From an uncultured Ignavibacterium sp. (GTDB lineage Bacteria > Bacteroidota > Ignavibacteria > Ignavibacteriales > Ignavibacteriaceae): a stretch of DNA of 64,000 bases. This document shows positions 19,879 to 28,892 of the stretch, piece by piece. The translations under genes were made by a program, and so were the position numbers. The notes under the pieces were generated by a model. It was not told the origin of the DNA. It ran no database searches and was given only the letters and a program-made list of their open reading frames with translations. The DNA is taken from the NCBI GenBank assembly GCA_964570375.1, contig CAZMYA010000018.1, forward strand, positions 13,137 through 77,136. The letters are read 5' to 3'. The number at the start of each line of letters is the position of its first letter. Position 1 is the stretch's first letter.

Positions 19879-21327
19879 TTAAACTTTTTTAAATATGTTT
19901 AAAAAGTTAAAATCCATTGAAAATAAAATTCTTTTGTCTTCTTTTGTAAAATAATACAAAACACCGGTTAAAATAAATATTACTATAATAAAAGGAGCAC
20001 CTAAATATGGGGTTAAATGATTTACATTAGATAATAAATATCCGATTAAAACTGTCATTCCTATTAAAATAAAATTCATAAAATTTAAGTGCCACTTTCT
20101 GAGTAAGTTTAATGAATAAATAGAATAAGTACCATATACAAAAACTATAGAGATAAGTGATACTATCGCCGCACCACTTACTCCATATTTAGGAATTAAT
20201 AAATAGTTAAGAGTAACATTTAAAACAGTAGCCGCTATTACAGTAAACATCCTGACTATTTGACGATTTGTAGTTGTTAATATTAAGGCGAAAGCTTCAA
20301 AACTAAATCTAACAAATACATTAAATGCAAAAATTTTTAATACCGGAATAGAAGCCGCATATTGTCCACTTCCATAAATAATATGTATTATATCTTCAGC
20401 ATAAACATAGAGAATTAATGTAATAGGAAGAGATAGGAAGAATAATAACTTATTCATAAGATAAGAAACTTTTAATGCCTTTTCCTTTTCGTTAACAAAT
20501 AATCTGGAGAGTACTGGTAACAACGTCAGATTGAGTATATCTGGAATCATCAGAGGTAAAATAATAAATTTAAAGACAGCTTGATATATTCCGACGTATA
20601 AATTTCCCTTCCATAAAGATAATAAGATTGTGTCTATCTGAAAAAAAAGATTAGCAAACAAAAGATGAAACCCGAAAACCAGTACTTTTTGATGAAGTTC
20701 CTTTTCTTTTGGAAAACTTAATTTGAACGATAATTCCGGTAGTAATTTTTTATTGAAATAGATTGATAATATTAAGCCCAGTAATCTTGTTAGAACAAAT
20801 GAAGCTGCAATAATTAGAATGCTTAATTTTAGAAAGGAGAGTGTAATAACTATAAACACAAGACTGGTATTTGCTATTAATTGCACTACACTTTCATAAC
20901 TGAATCTTTCAAATCCTTTAGTTAACGCTAACGAGAAATTGGTTAATGTTGTAAATATTAAAAAGAAGCTAAAAATTTGAAGAGAAATTTTCGTTTCTTG
21001 TGGATAATCTCCCACAAAACTAAATAACCACATTATTAAGAACGCTACGATTGAAAAAATAATTTTATAGGAAAAGATATTTTGAAAAGTTTTTAATGCT
21101 CTATCTCTTGCTCTGGAAATTTCTGTAGTAAGTAAAATATCGAATCCGAAGTCAGCTAAAAGTATCAATAAAGTTGCAGTGGTATGAGCAAAAGTAAATG
21201 TGCCGAATTGGTCGGGCCCATAAATTCTTGCAATTAACCAGAAGACGATTACATTTGCAATCAGTCTAGAGGACATAGATAATAGAGAGTAAAAAGAATT
21301 TTTTTTGATCAGAGCTGATTCTGTCAT
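19879..21327 (-). CDS. MOP-superfamily polysaccharide flippase (Wzx-like)
   Basis: 482 aa polytopic protein with the N-terminal region typical of the polysaccharide biosynthesis protein family. Confidence 0.75.
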   Translation of the reverse strand: MTESALIKKNSFYSLLSMSSRLIANVIVFWLIARIYGPDQFGTFTFAHTTATLLILLADFGFDILLTTEISRARDRALKTFQNIFSYKIIFSIVAFLIMWLFSFVGDYPQETKISLQIFSFFLIFTTLTNFSLALTKGFERFSYESVVQLIANTSLVFIVITLSFLKLSILIIAASFVLTRLLGLILSIYFNKKLLPELSFKLSFPKEKELHQKVLVFGFHLLFANLFFQIDTILLSLWKGNLYVGIYQAVFKFIILPLMIPDILNLTLLPVLSRLFVNEKEKALKVSYLMNKLLFFLSLPITLILYVYAEDIIHIIYGSGQYAASIPVLKIFAFNVFVRFSFEAFALILTTTNRQIVRMFTVIAATVLNVTLNYLLIPKYGVSGAAIVSLISIVFVYGTYSIYSLNLLRKWHLNFMNFILIGMTVLIGYLLSNVNHLTPYLGAPFIIVIFILTGVLYYFTKEDKRILFSMDFNFLNIFKKV

Positions 21328-22550
21328 TAAGACTTTCGTTTGATCCCTATTTTTCTAAGATCTTTCTTAAATTGATTTGTTATGTAATCATATTTATTCG
21401 GTTCAACCAGTTTCATTTTTTTCATTAGTTCGATGAAGAAAATGATAACAAAACCAAAGATTACAGACGCTGAAAAAGATACAGCACCAAAAATCATCGC
21501 TTTAGGTTTAGCTTTATGATCGGCAGGAGCAGCTTTGTCTAACACTAATACTGTAGGAGTATTTCTAATCTCTTCAATTTTAGCTTGTTCATATAAAGGA
21601 GTGACAAATTCTAGAATGGAATACTGGATTTTAAGTTCCTGATAAATCTTTAAGTATTTATTTGCAAGTTCCGGTGCTAATTTCATTGGAATTAAAAGCT
21701 TATAATCTTGTTGAGCTTTATCAGTCCCTTTGTTTAATTCATCTATTTTTTTATTTAATTCTTCAAGTTCAATTTTAGCATTTTTTGTAGATGGGTGATC
21801 ATTTCCTAAAGCCTGAGACAAATAATTGTATTGAACTTCTTTTTTGTATAAATCCACATAAATTTCAGACATTGATTTAAGTGTAGCTTCTATCTGTTCA
21901 GGTACCGCAGTTACTCCATATTTTTTTTGAAAATCTTTCATCTGATTTTCTAGACTGTCAATATCATGTCTGTTTTGTAAATATCTTGTTTCGATAAAAA
22001 CTCTGTTTGCCTTTGCGTTGGTTGAGCTTAAATGGGTGCTGATTGCATTTAATTTTGAGATCATAAAGTTAGCAATATTAGCAGCTCTTTGTGGATTCTT
22101 ATCATAAACACTTACAGTTAGATTTCCCTCTTCCTGTACTTCTATTTCAAGATTGCTCATTAAACTTTTGTAAATCTTCTCACTATATGCATCCTCTAGA
22201 TCATAAACCTTTTTTAAGTCAAATGTTCTTATAACATCATCGATAACGCTAGAACTTTTTAAAATCGCAATGTATTTATCTGTTTCAGTCGGACCTGTTA
22301 ATGCACTAAGACCTCTTGAAGGTGAGAAATTTTTAATTAAAGATGAGACTCCTGTAATTGCACTCAAAAAATCTGTCTTTTCTGCTGGAAGTACCGAAGC
22401 TGTTGATTTATACCATTTGGGAGCGAGCAGTGCATATGTAATTGTAGCCCCAGTGATTATTAATACGAAAAAAAATAAGAACCATCTATATTTTACTGTT
22501 ACGGTAAGAAATTCAAAGAAATTGTTTTTGTTTTCTAAATTTTTGTCCAC
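21327..22550 (-). CDS. polysaccharide chain-length determinant (Wzz/PCP-like) protein without kinase domain
   Basis: N-terminal TM helix with 'PKWYKSTASVLP' (Wzz motif), a long coiled-coil periplasmic region and a C-terminal TM helix. No Walker motifs. Confidence 0.7.
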   Translation of the reverse strand: MDKNLENKNNFFEFLTVTVKYRWFLFFFVLIITGATITYALLAPKWYKSTASVLPAEKTDFLSAITGVSSLIKNFSPSRGLSALTGPTETDKYIAILKSSSVIDDVIRTFDLKKVYDLEDAYSEKIYKSLMSNLEIEVQEEGNLTVSVYDKNPQRAANIANFMISKLNAISTHLSSTNAKANRVFIETRYLQNRHDIDSLENQMKDFQKKYGVTAVPEQIEATLKSMSEIYVDLYKKEVQYNYLSQALGNDHPSTKNAKIELEELNKKIDELNKGTDKAQQDYKLLIPMKLAPELANKYLKIYQELKIQYSILEFVTPLYEQAKIEEIRNTPTVLVLDKAAPADHKAKPKAMIFGAVSFSASVIFGFVIIFFIELMKKMKLVEPNKYDYITNQFKKDLRKIGIKRKS

Positions 22551-22579
22551 TGGGATTCCTATCTTTTGTAGTAAATATA

Positions 22580-23767
22580 TTAGTTCATTAGTGAATTATA
22601 AACAGCAATTAATTTGCTATAATAATTTTCAGCTGAAAAATTTTCTTGTGCAAATTTAAGGGAATTCTGGGACATTTTATTATAACTAACTTCATCAAGT
22701 TGATTTGCAATTTTAATTGTATCTGATAATTGTTTCTCGTTCTTTGATTCAAATAAATAACCAGTTTCTCCCGGTAGAATTATTTCTGGTATTCCTCCGA
22801 TATGTGCACCGATAACGGGTGTCCCCAATGAATAAGATTCAATTATTGTCATCGGGTTATTTTCATAACATTCGGAAGGTACAATAACAAATGATGAATT
22901 AATTAAATAATACTGTATTTCGTCCCAATTCTTATAACCTAAATATTCCACGTTTTCAATTTTATTGTTAAGGAGATAATCAGAAAACTGTCCTTTGCCA
23001 ATAATTTTCAATTGAGCATCTGGATTTTTTGTAAATGCTTTAACTAGAGTTTCAATACCTTTTTCGCGATCTAATCTTCCAAAATAAAGAAAATAATTTC
23101 CCTTTCTAATTTCAATATTGGTATTTGTTTGATCGATATAATTATAGAAAAATACTCCTTTTTCTTTGATCTCCGGGTAATATTCTAAATACTTGTCTAA
23201 AAAAAATTTGCTAAGAAATATATACTTATCGATATATTTATTGAACGGAAAAAAGAAATCCCTTAGATAACTTTCAATCGCAAGACCAGTACTTTTAACT
23301 AGTCCTTCAGGAGCACAGTTGTTTTTGATACAATTGTAATATTTCCCAACTTTACAATCCTCACAGATTTCACCTTTACCATTTATAAATACATAGGCGG
23401 GGCATAAATACTTAAAACCATGAAACGTTGCTACTGTTGGAATATTATACTTTTTTAATACTGGTAATATTGACGAAGATAATCCACCAATTATATTATG
23501 GAAATGCGCGATTTCTGGTTTTTGCTCTTTGATTAAATGTTCGATGTTTTTTTTAGCTGAAACCGAATAAAACTTTCCAGCTGAGTTGTTTAATAAATTC
23601 TTATGAACAAAATATTTATTGGAAAATTCACTAACATTATTTTCATCCAAAAAACTAAAAGCTATAACCTCGTGATTATGATTTCTTAATAATTCAAGAG
23701 TGTTCAAGTATACACTGTCAGTACCACTTTTTCTGTAATGATTGTTATTAATTTGAAGGATTTTCAT
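22580..23767 (-). CDS. glycosyltransferase family 4 (GT-B)
   Basis: C-terminal 'PSECYENNPMTIIESYSLGTPVIG...PE' E-X7-E-type motif. Confidence 0.82.
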   Translation of the reverse strand: MKILQINNNHYRKSGTDSVYLNTLELLRNHNHEVIAFSFLDENNVSEFSNKYFVHKNLLNNSAGKFYSVSAKKNIEHLIKEQKPEIAHFHNIIGGLSSSILPVLKKYNIPTVATFHGFKYLCPAYVFINGKGEICEDCKVGKYYNCIKNNCAPEGLVKSTGLAIESYLRDFFFPFNKYIDKYIFLSKFFLDKYLEYYPEIKEKGVFFYNYIDQTNTNIEIRKGNYFLYFGRLDREKGIETLVKAFTKNPDAQLKIIGKGQFSDYLLNNKIENVEYLGYKNWDEIQYYLINSSFVIVPSECYENNPMTIIESYSLGTPVIGAHIGGIPEIILPGETGYLFESKNEKQLSDTIKIANQLDEVSYNKMSQNSLKFAQENFSAENYYSKLIAVYNSLMN

Positions 23768-23785
23768 TCTGAGTGTAATTAAAAT

Positions 23786-24874
23786 TTAGTTACTCAGCCA
23801 TTTTGAAATATTTCTTAGAACTCTTTCTGGTTTAATGTTATTCATAGAATTGTGTTCACACACTGGTGAATAATAACAATCACAATTTGGATCTGGCTCA
23901 ATTATCTCGCCTCTTCCATAAAGATAGAATTCATTGGTGTTGAAAATATTATTGAAAATAATAGTTTTCTTTTTTAATCCCATGGCTATGTGCATTGCCA
24001 TTGTAACCGCAGTTACTACCAAATCACACTCATTGACAAGAGAAATAAACTTCTCTAGGTTAAAATGACCGAAATATTTTCCTCCGCTTTGAGTTGAAAG
24101 CATCTTGTTTTTTTCATCTTCCTGTTCACCACCTAAAAAGACTACTTCATACCCATTTTTTAATAAATCTTTGGCAAGGTTAATCCAATATTCGTTTGGC
24201 CATAATCTTGAAGTCCATCTTCCACCACAACCAGTATTCAATCCTACCACTTTTTTTGAATGGTCAATATTCCAATCATACTTTTTTTCTACATTAAAAA
24301 TATATTCTTCATCATTAAAGCTAAATCCCAATATCTCAAAAATTTCCTGAACATAATGCTTAGTATTCTGTTTACTAAGATCATCAAACAATCCAGTTAT
24401 CCATTTATGATATTCTGCTTCTGAAGATATTGGTTTTGCATGGCCGTACTCATCGATAGTAAATCCACTTTTCCTTTTGGCTTTAATTGAATTCATTAAT
24501 GATATGCCTATTGGATCCTTATCTAAATTTATTGCCCAATCAAATTCTATTTGTTTAATTAATTCAGTTGATTCTACGTTTACAGGTAAAATTCTATTAA
24601 TCCATTCTTTATCAAGAATATCCGGTGTATATGTTATCCAAGTTAAATGAGCATTGGGATATTCATCTCTTAATTTTCTGAGTATCGGGGTAGTACGAAT
24701 TACATCACCTAAGGCGCCCAATTTTATTATCAGGATTTTCTGCTCTATTTTTTTATAAACTGGACAATCCTCGCAATGATATCCATATTCTTTGTGGGGA
24801 CGACAGGGTAAATCCCCTCTAAAGTAAAGGCAGTCATTTTTTACATTAGCCATTAATTCCTCTGGAAATGACAA
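23786..24874 (-). CDS. glycosyltransferase family 9 (heptosyltransferase-like) with Cys-rich N- and C-terminal segments
   Basis: 'ILIIKLGALGDVIRTTP' GT9 N-terminal motif. Extra Cys clusters: 'C..8..C..10..C..C' at the N-terminus and 'CDCYYSPVC' at the C-terminus. Confidence 0.75.
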   Translation of the reverse strand: MSFPEELMANVKNDCLYFRGDLPCRPHKEYGYHCEDCPVYKKIEQKILIIKLGALGDVIRTTPILRKLRDEYPNAHLTWITYTPDILDKEWINRILPVNVESTELIKQIEFDWAINLDKDPIGISLMNSIKAKRKSGFTIDEYGHAKPISSEAEYHKWITGLFDDLSKQNTKHYVQEIFEILGFSFNDEEYIFNVEKKYDWNIDHSKKVVGLNTGCGGRWTSRLWPNEYWINLAKDLLKNGYEVVFLGGEQEDEKNKMLSTQSGGKYFGHFNLEKFISLVNECDLVVTAVTMAMHIAMGLKKKTIIFNNIFNTNEFYLYGRGEIIEPDPNCDCYYSPVCEHNSMNNIKPERVLRNISKWLSN

Positions 24875-24909
24875 ATTAGAATTATTCTTTTTATTCTAAG
24901 TATTTATAT

Positions 24910-24933
24910 TTACAAAGTTAATTAAATTTGTAA
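24910..24933. promoter_or_regulatory. 24-bp near-perfect palindrome TTACAAAGTTAATTAAATTTGTAA in the divergent promoter region of the EPS locus
   Basis: 11 of 12 positions are self-complementary. It lies 36 nt upstream of the minus-strand GT9 start and about 100 nt upstream of the plus-strand GT4 start. Confidence 0.25.
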
Positions 24934-25033
24934 TTATTATTACTTTTCTGAGTTATTTGTTTTTAAAATTATTTAGTCAAAATCATAATTATTAATTCTA
25001 TTTTGTGGAAGCAAAAAGTAAGTTAGATACACA

Positions 25034-26224
25034 TTGAAATTTCTTATTATCACACCACGAATACCTTATCCGCCATACAGAGGCGATAAGTTAAAAATTT
25101 ATAATCTTGCTAAAATTCTTGCTAATCATCATGAGGTTCATATAATAACATTTTATCGTAAAACCTCAGATAAAAAATTATTGATTCCAATTCAAAAACT
25201 TGGCATTAAGGTTCATTTAGTTAAACTCACACTTTTAAGATCATTTCTTAATGCAATTTTATCAATTCCTAAATATATTCCTTTTCAGGTAGCCTGGTAC
25301 AAATCAGAAAAAATGAAATCTGAATTGGAAAAACTTTTAAATAATGAAAAATTTGACGTAGCATATTTTCACTTGATTAGAACGGCACAATATCATGGTA
25401 ATAAAAATGAACTGGTGAAATTGAATGTAATTGATTTTACTGATGCGGTTTCATTATATCTTTCAAGAATTTATGAAAGAGAAAAAAACTATTTTAAAAA
25501 ACTTTTCATAAAATCTGAACTTATCAGAATTACTAATTATGAAAAGATTTGCGAAAAATTTGATTCCCTGTTTATTTGTTCAGAAATAGATAAAAACTTT
25601 TTACTTAAAAAGGGGATTAATCAGAAGATTCAAATTTTGAATAATGGTTTTGATACCGATTATTTTAAAGGCGAAATAAATCATTATGATAAAAAACGAA
25701 TTATTTTTACTGGCAATATGCCATATTACGCAAATTCAGATGCAGCGATGTATTTTGCAAAAGAAATTTTTCCTTTAATTCTCAAGAAGGATAGTGAAAT
25801 TAAATTTTACATAGTTGGGCAATATCCACCACTAAAGATTAAACAACTGGCAAATGACAATATCATTGTAACTGGTTTCGTAAAAGACATTAAACAACAT
25901 TATTTAATGAGTTCAGTAAATGTTGCGCCTATGCGGTTTGGTGCAGGTACATTGAATAAAGTTATTGAATCAATTGCACTTGGAGTGCCTGTTGTCGCCT
26001 CATCTATTGCTGTTGCGGGATTACCGAAGGAACTTGAAAGGTTTGTTTTTGTTGCTGATACCCCGATGGATTTTTCAGAAAAAGTTATTGAAATAATGAA
26101 TAATGATAAAATCAGGAACGAGTTAATGGCTGAAGGAAAGGATGTAATTAAAAATCTTCTTAGTTGGGAATCTATTGTTAAAAATTTTGAAGATAATTTG
26201 AAGAAACTGTTAAATGAAAAGTAA
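25034..26224 (+). CDS. glycosyltransferase family 4 (GT-B)
   Basis: 396 aa with a TTG start and 'NVAPMRFGAGTLNKVIESIALGVPVV' E-X7-E-type region. Confidence 0.8.
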   Translation: MKFLIITPRIPYPPYRGDKLKIYNLAKILANHHEVHIITFYRKTSDKKLLIPIQKLGIKVHLVKLTLLRSFLNAILSIPKYIPFQVAWYKSEKMKSELEKLLNNEKFDVAYFHLIRTAQYHGNKNELVKLNVIDFTDAVSLYLSRIYEREKNYFKKLFIKSELIRITNYEKICEKFDSLFICSEIDKNFLLKKGINQKIQILNNGFDTDYFKGEINHYDKKRIIFTGNMPYYANSDAAMYFAKEIFPLILKKDSEIKFYIVGQYPPLKIKQLANDNIIVTGFVKDIKQHYLMSSVNVAPMRFGAGTLNKVIESIALGVPVVASSIAVAGLPKELERFVFVADTPMDFSEKVIEIMNNDKIRNELMAEGKDVIKNLLSWESIVKNFEDNLKKLLNEK

Positions 26225-26230
26225 TCATTA

Positions 26231-27634
26231 ATGTCTAAATCGACAGAAAAAATATTTCTCCTACTTACGGATTTTATTACTATTAATCTTGCGTGGCTGG
26301 TTTACAGTTATGTTCGTTTGCAAACCGGCTGGTTCAGCTTAATTATTATGCCGGAAATATTTGTTCCGATGTTGGTTATTTATTTTTATTGGCTGATCAT
26401 TTTTACTTTTGTCGGAATGTATCGCACATGGTTTGCATCATCTCGCTTTGATGAAATATCTACTCTCTTTAAAGCTACTTTTTTTGGAATCTTTCTTCTC
26501 TTCTTATTGATTTTTATTGATGACTATCTACACAATGTTGCAACCGCAACAAGAATTTTAATTTTTATTTATTGGGCTTTGTTTCTTTTCTTTGTAGGAT
26601 CGGGTAGAATTTTTGTAAGAAGCTTGCAAAGAAAATTATTGATAAAAGGAATTGGTAGAAGAGCAGGCTTAATAATAGGCTTTAATCAAAAAGGTAAAGA
26701 AGTGCTTGAATCTGTTAATAATGCTCCTGCGCTTGGTATTGATATTAAAGCTTTTGTTGCTGTAAAAGATGAAAATATCGGGAAAGAAGTTAATGGTGTC
26801 GAGGTTGAAGGGACTACTGAAGTTTTAAATGAGATTATCAATAAATACAATGTGAAAGAAATTATTCTTGCACTCGAAAAAGAAAATCATGATGTGCTGA
26901 TTGATGTTATATCAAAAACTGAAGGAAAAAATTTAAACTTAAAAATTGTCCCGGATCTTTATGAAATATTAAGTGGTCAGGCTCGCACTAGCCAGATTTA
27001 TGGCATCCCTTTGATAGATATTATGCCTGAGTTGATGCCTGAATGGGAGAAAAAATTAAAACGTATTATGGATATCATTGTTTCGTTCTTGCTGTTGATT
27101 GTTAGTTCTCCCGTGTGGTTAATTACAATTTTTGCGATTAAAATTGATAGTAATGGTCCTGTTTTATTCAAACAGGAACGGATGGGAAAAGATGGAAAGT
27201 TGTTTAATGTACTTAAATTTCGTTCTATGATTAAAGATGCAGAAAAATACAGCGGACCTGTATGGTCACAAAAAAATGATCCAAGAGTAACAAGAGTTGG
27301 TAAAATAATTCGTAAACTTCGTATTGATGAAATTCCGCAAATGTTTAATGTACTTAAAGGAGAAATGAGTTTGGTCGGACCCAGACCGGAAAGGCCATAT
27401 TTTGTTGAAAAGTTATCTAAAGAAATTCCTTATTACAAAAGACGATTAAAAGTTCGTCCCGGTATAACTGGCTGGGCGCAAGTTAAGCATAAATACGATG
27501 AAACTATTGAAGATGTAAAAATCAAACTGCGTTATGATCTTTTTTATATAGAAAATATGTCTATAAGGATGGATTTTAAAATTTTATTACGCACCATATT
27601 TGTTGTGCTTTTTGGTAAGGGACACTACAATTAA
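26231..27634 (+). CDS. polyprenyl-phosphate glycosylphosphotransferase (WcaJ/WbaP-type initiating sugar transferase)
   Basis: N-terminal TM bundle, a Rossmann-like middle domain, and a complete catalytic core: 'FKQERMGKDGKLFNVLKFRSM', 'RIDEIPQ', 'MSLVGPRPERP', 'RPGITGWAQV'. Confidence 0.88.
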   Translation: MSKSTEKIFLLLTDFITINLAWLVYSYVRLQTGWFSLIIMPEIFVPMLVIYFYWLIIFTFVGMYRTWFASSRFDEISTLFKATFFGIFLLFLLIFIDDYLHNVATATRILIFIYWALFLFFVGSGRIFVRSLQRKLLIKGIGRRAGLIIGFNQKGKEVLESVNNAPALGIDIKAFVAVKDENIGKEVNGVEVEGTTEVLNEIINKYNVKEIILALEKENHDVLIDVISKTEGKNLNLKIVPDLYEILSGQARTSQIYGIPLIDIMPELMPEWEKKLKRIMDIIVSFLLLIVSSPVWLITIFAIKIDSNGPVLFKQERMGKDGKLFNVLKFRSMIKDAEKYSGPVWSQKNDPRVTRVGKIIRKLRIDEIPQMFNVLKGEMSLVGPRPERPYFVEKLSKEIPYYKRRLKVRPGITGWAQVKHKYDETIEDVKIKLRYDLFYIENMSIRMDFKILLRTIFVVLFGKGHYN

Positions 27635-27663
27635 TAAAATTGTGGTCATTCGATAGTCAAGCA

Positions 27664-27678
27664 ATTGTCATTCATTGT
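27664..27678. repeat. left arm of perfect 15-bp inverted repeat (ATTGTCATTCATTGT) bracketing the four-helix-bundle gene
   Basis: Exact reverse complement of 28102..28116. An additional GGTCATTCG copy lies at 27644-27652. Confidence 0.85.
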
Positions 27679-27722
27679 TTATTTAGGTTCATCTTAATTT
27701 AAAATTATGAGGGAGACATAGG

Positions 27723-28112
27723 ATGAAGTTGGAAGAATTAAGAATATATCAGCAATCTATGATTTTAGCGGAAAATATTTGGCAATTAGTAGTAAAATGG
27801 GATTACTTTGCGAAAGATACGATTGGAAAACAATTAATCAGGTCAATAGATTCAGTAGCAGCAAATATTAGTGAAGGGTTTGGAAGGTATTTTTATAAAG
27901 AGGAAAGGCAATTTTGCTATTATTCAAGAGGTTCTTTATCTGAGACAAAAACTTGGTTAACTAAAGCTTTTAGCAGGGAATTAATTTCTGAGAATGAATT
28001 TAAACTATTTGAAAACGAGATTGAGGACCTTGGTATAAAATTAAATAATTATATAAATTCAATTGGCAAAAGTAATAAAGCCAAGCAACGAATGACTAAT
28101 GACAATGAATGA
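27723..28112 (+). CDS. four-helix-bundle protein (23S rRNA intervening-sequence protein family)
   Basis: 129 aa. 'LEELRIYQQSMILAENIW...IGKQLIRSIDSVAANISEGFGR' is the hallmark of this family. RBS is GAGGGAG. Confidence 0.85.
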   Translation: MKLEELRIYQQSMILAENIWQLVVKWDYFAKDTIGKQLIRSIDSVAANISEGFGRYFYKEERQFCYYSRGSLSETKTWLTKAFSRELISENEFKLFENEIEDLGIKLNNYINSIGKSNKAKQRMTNDNE

Positions 28113-28116
28113 CAAT
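28102..28116. repeat. right arm of perfect 15-bp inverted repeat (ACAATGAATGACAAT)
   Basis: It overlaps the last three codons and the stop of the four-helix-bundle gene. Flanking AATGAC-type reiterations lie at 28089-28116. Confidence 0.85.
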
Positions 28117-28157
28117 AAAATGAATAATTTGTTAATTATTTTACTTAAAGTACAAAA

Positions 28158-28880
28158 ATGAATGTTCCCAAATCACTTGTAATCATCCCGACCTATAATG
28201 AACTCGATAATCTGCCGAGGCTCATCCCGATTGTTCTTGGTCAAAATGAAAATATACATGTTTTAATTGTTGATGATAATTCACCCGATGGGACAGCTAA
28301 ATTTGTGGAAAGTGTTTCATCTGAAAATCCAAGAGTTCATATTATTAAGCGTGAAAGGAAAATGGGATTAGGTACGGCTTATATTGCTGGTTTTAAATAT
28401 GCTTTGGAAAATAATTATGATTTTATATTTGAAATGGATGCCGATTTTTCTCACGATCCGAATGAGATAAAAAACTTTCTTGTTGCTATCAAAGACTATG
28501 ATCTTGTTCTTGGAAGTCGTTATGTGCATGGTGTGCGAGTACTTAATTGGCCAATGAGAAGATTACTTCTTAGTTTTTTTGCAAGTGTTTATACAAGACT
28601 AATTACAGGAATGCCCATTAGAGACGCGACGGGCGGTTTTAAATGTTTTAGAAGAAAAGTTTTAGAATCTATAAATCTTGATAAAGTTAAATCCAACGGA
28701 TACTCTTTCCAAATAGAAATGACGTTTAAAGCCTACGCGAAAGGATTTAAAATAAAAGAAATCCCAATTGTCTTTGTTGATCGTGTAAAAGGTAAATCTA
28801 AGATGTCTAAAAAAATAGTATTTGAAGCAGTAACAATGGTATGGAAACTTAGATTTCAAAATATCTTTGGCAGATTGTAA
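28158..28880 (+). CDS. polyprenol-phosphate mannosyltransferase-like GT2 (Dpm1/PpmI type)
   Basis: 240 aa with 'LVIIPTYNE', 'VDDNSPDGT', 'EMDADFSHDP' and 'GGFKCFRR'. Confidence 0.85.
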   Translation: MNVPKSLVIIPTYNELDNLPRLIPIVLGQNENIHVLIVDDNSPDGTAKFVESVSSENPRVHIIKRERKMGLGTAYIAGFKYALENNYDFIFEMDADFSHDPNEIKNFLVAIKDYDLVLGSRYVHGVRVLNWPMRRLLLSFFASVYTRLITGMPIRDATGGFKCFRRKVLESINLDKVKSNGYSFQIEMTFKAYAKGFKIKEIPIVFVDRVKGKSKMSKKIVFEAVTMVWKLRFQNIFGRL

Positions 28881-28892
28881 GGACTTGATAAT

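Noticed and set aside
27723-28112. The four-helix-bundle protein as the Avd component of a diversity-generating retroelement.
   Set aside because: No reverse transcriptase ORF and no template/variable repeat pair could be found anywhere nearby.
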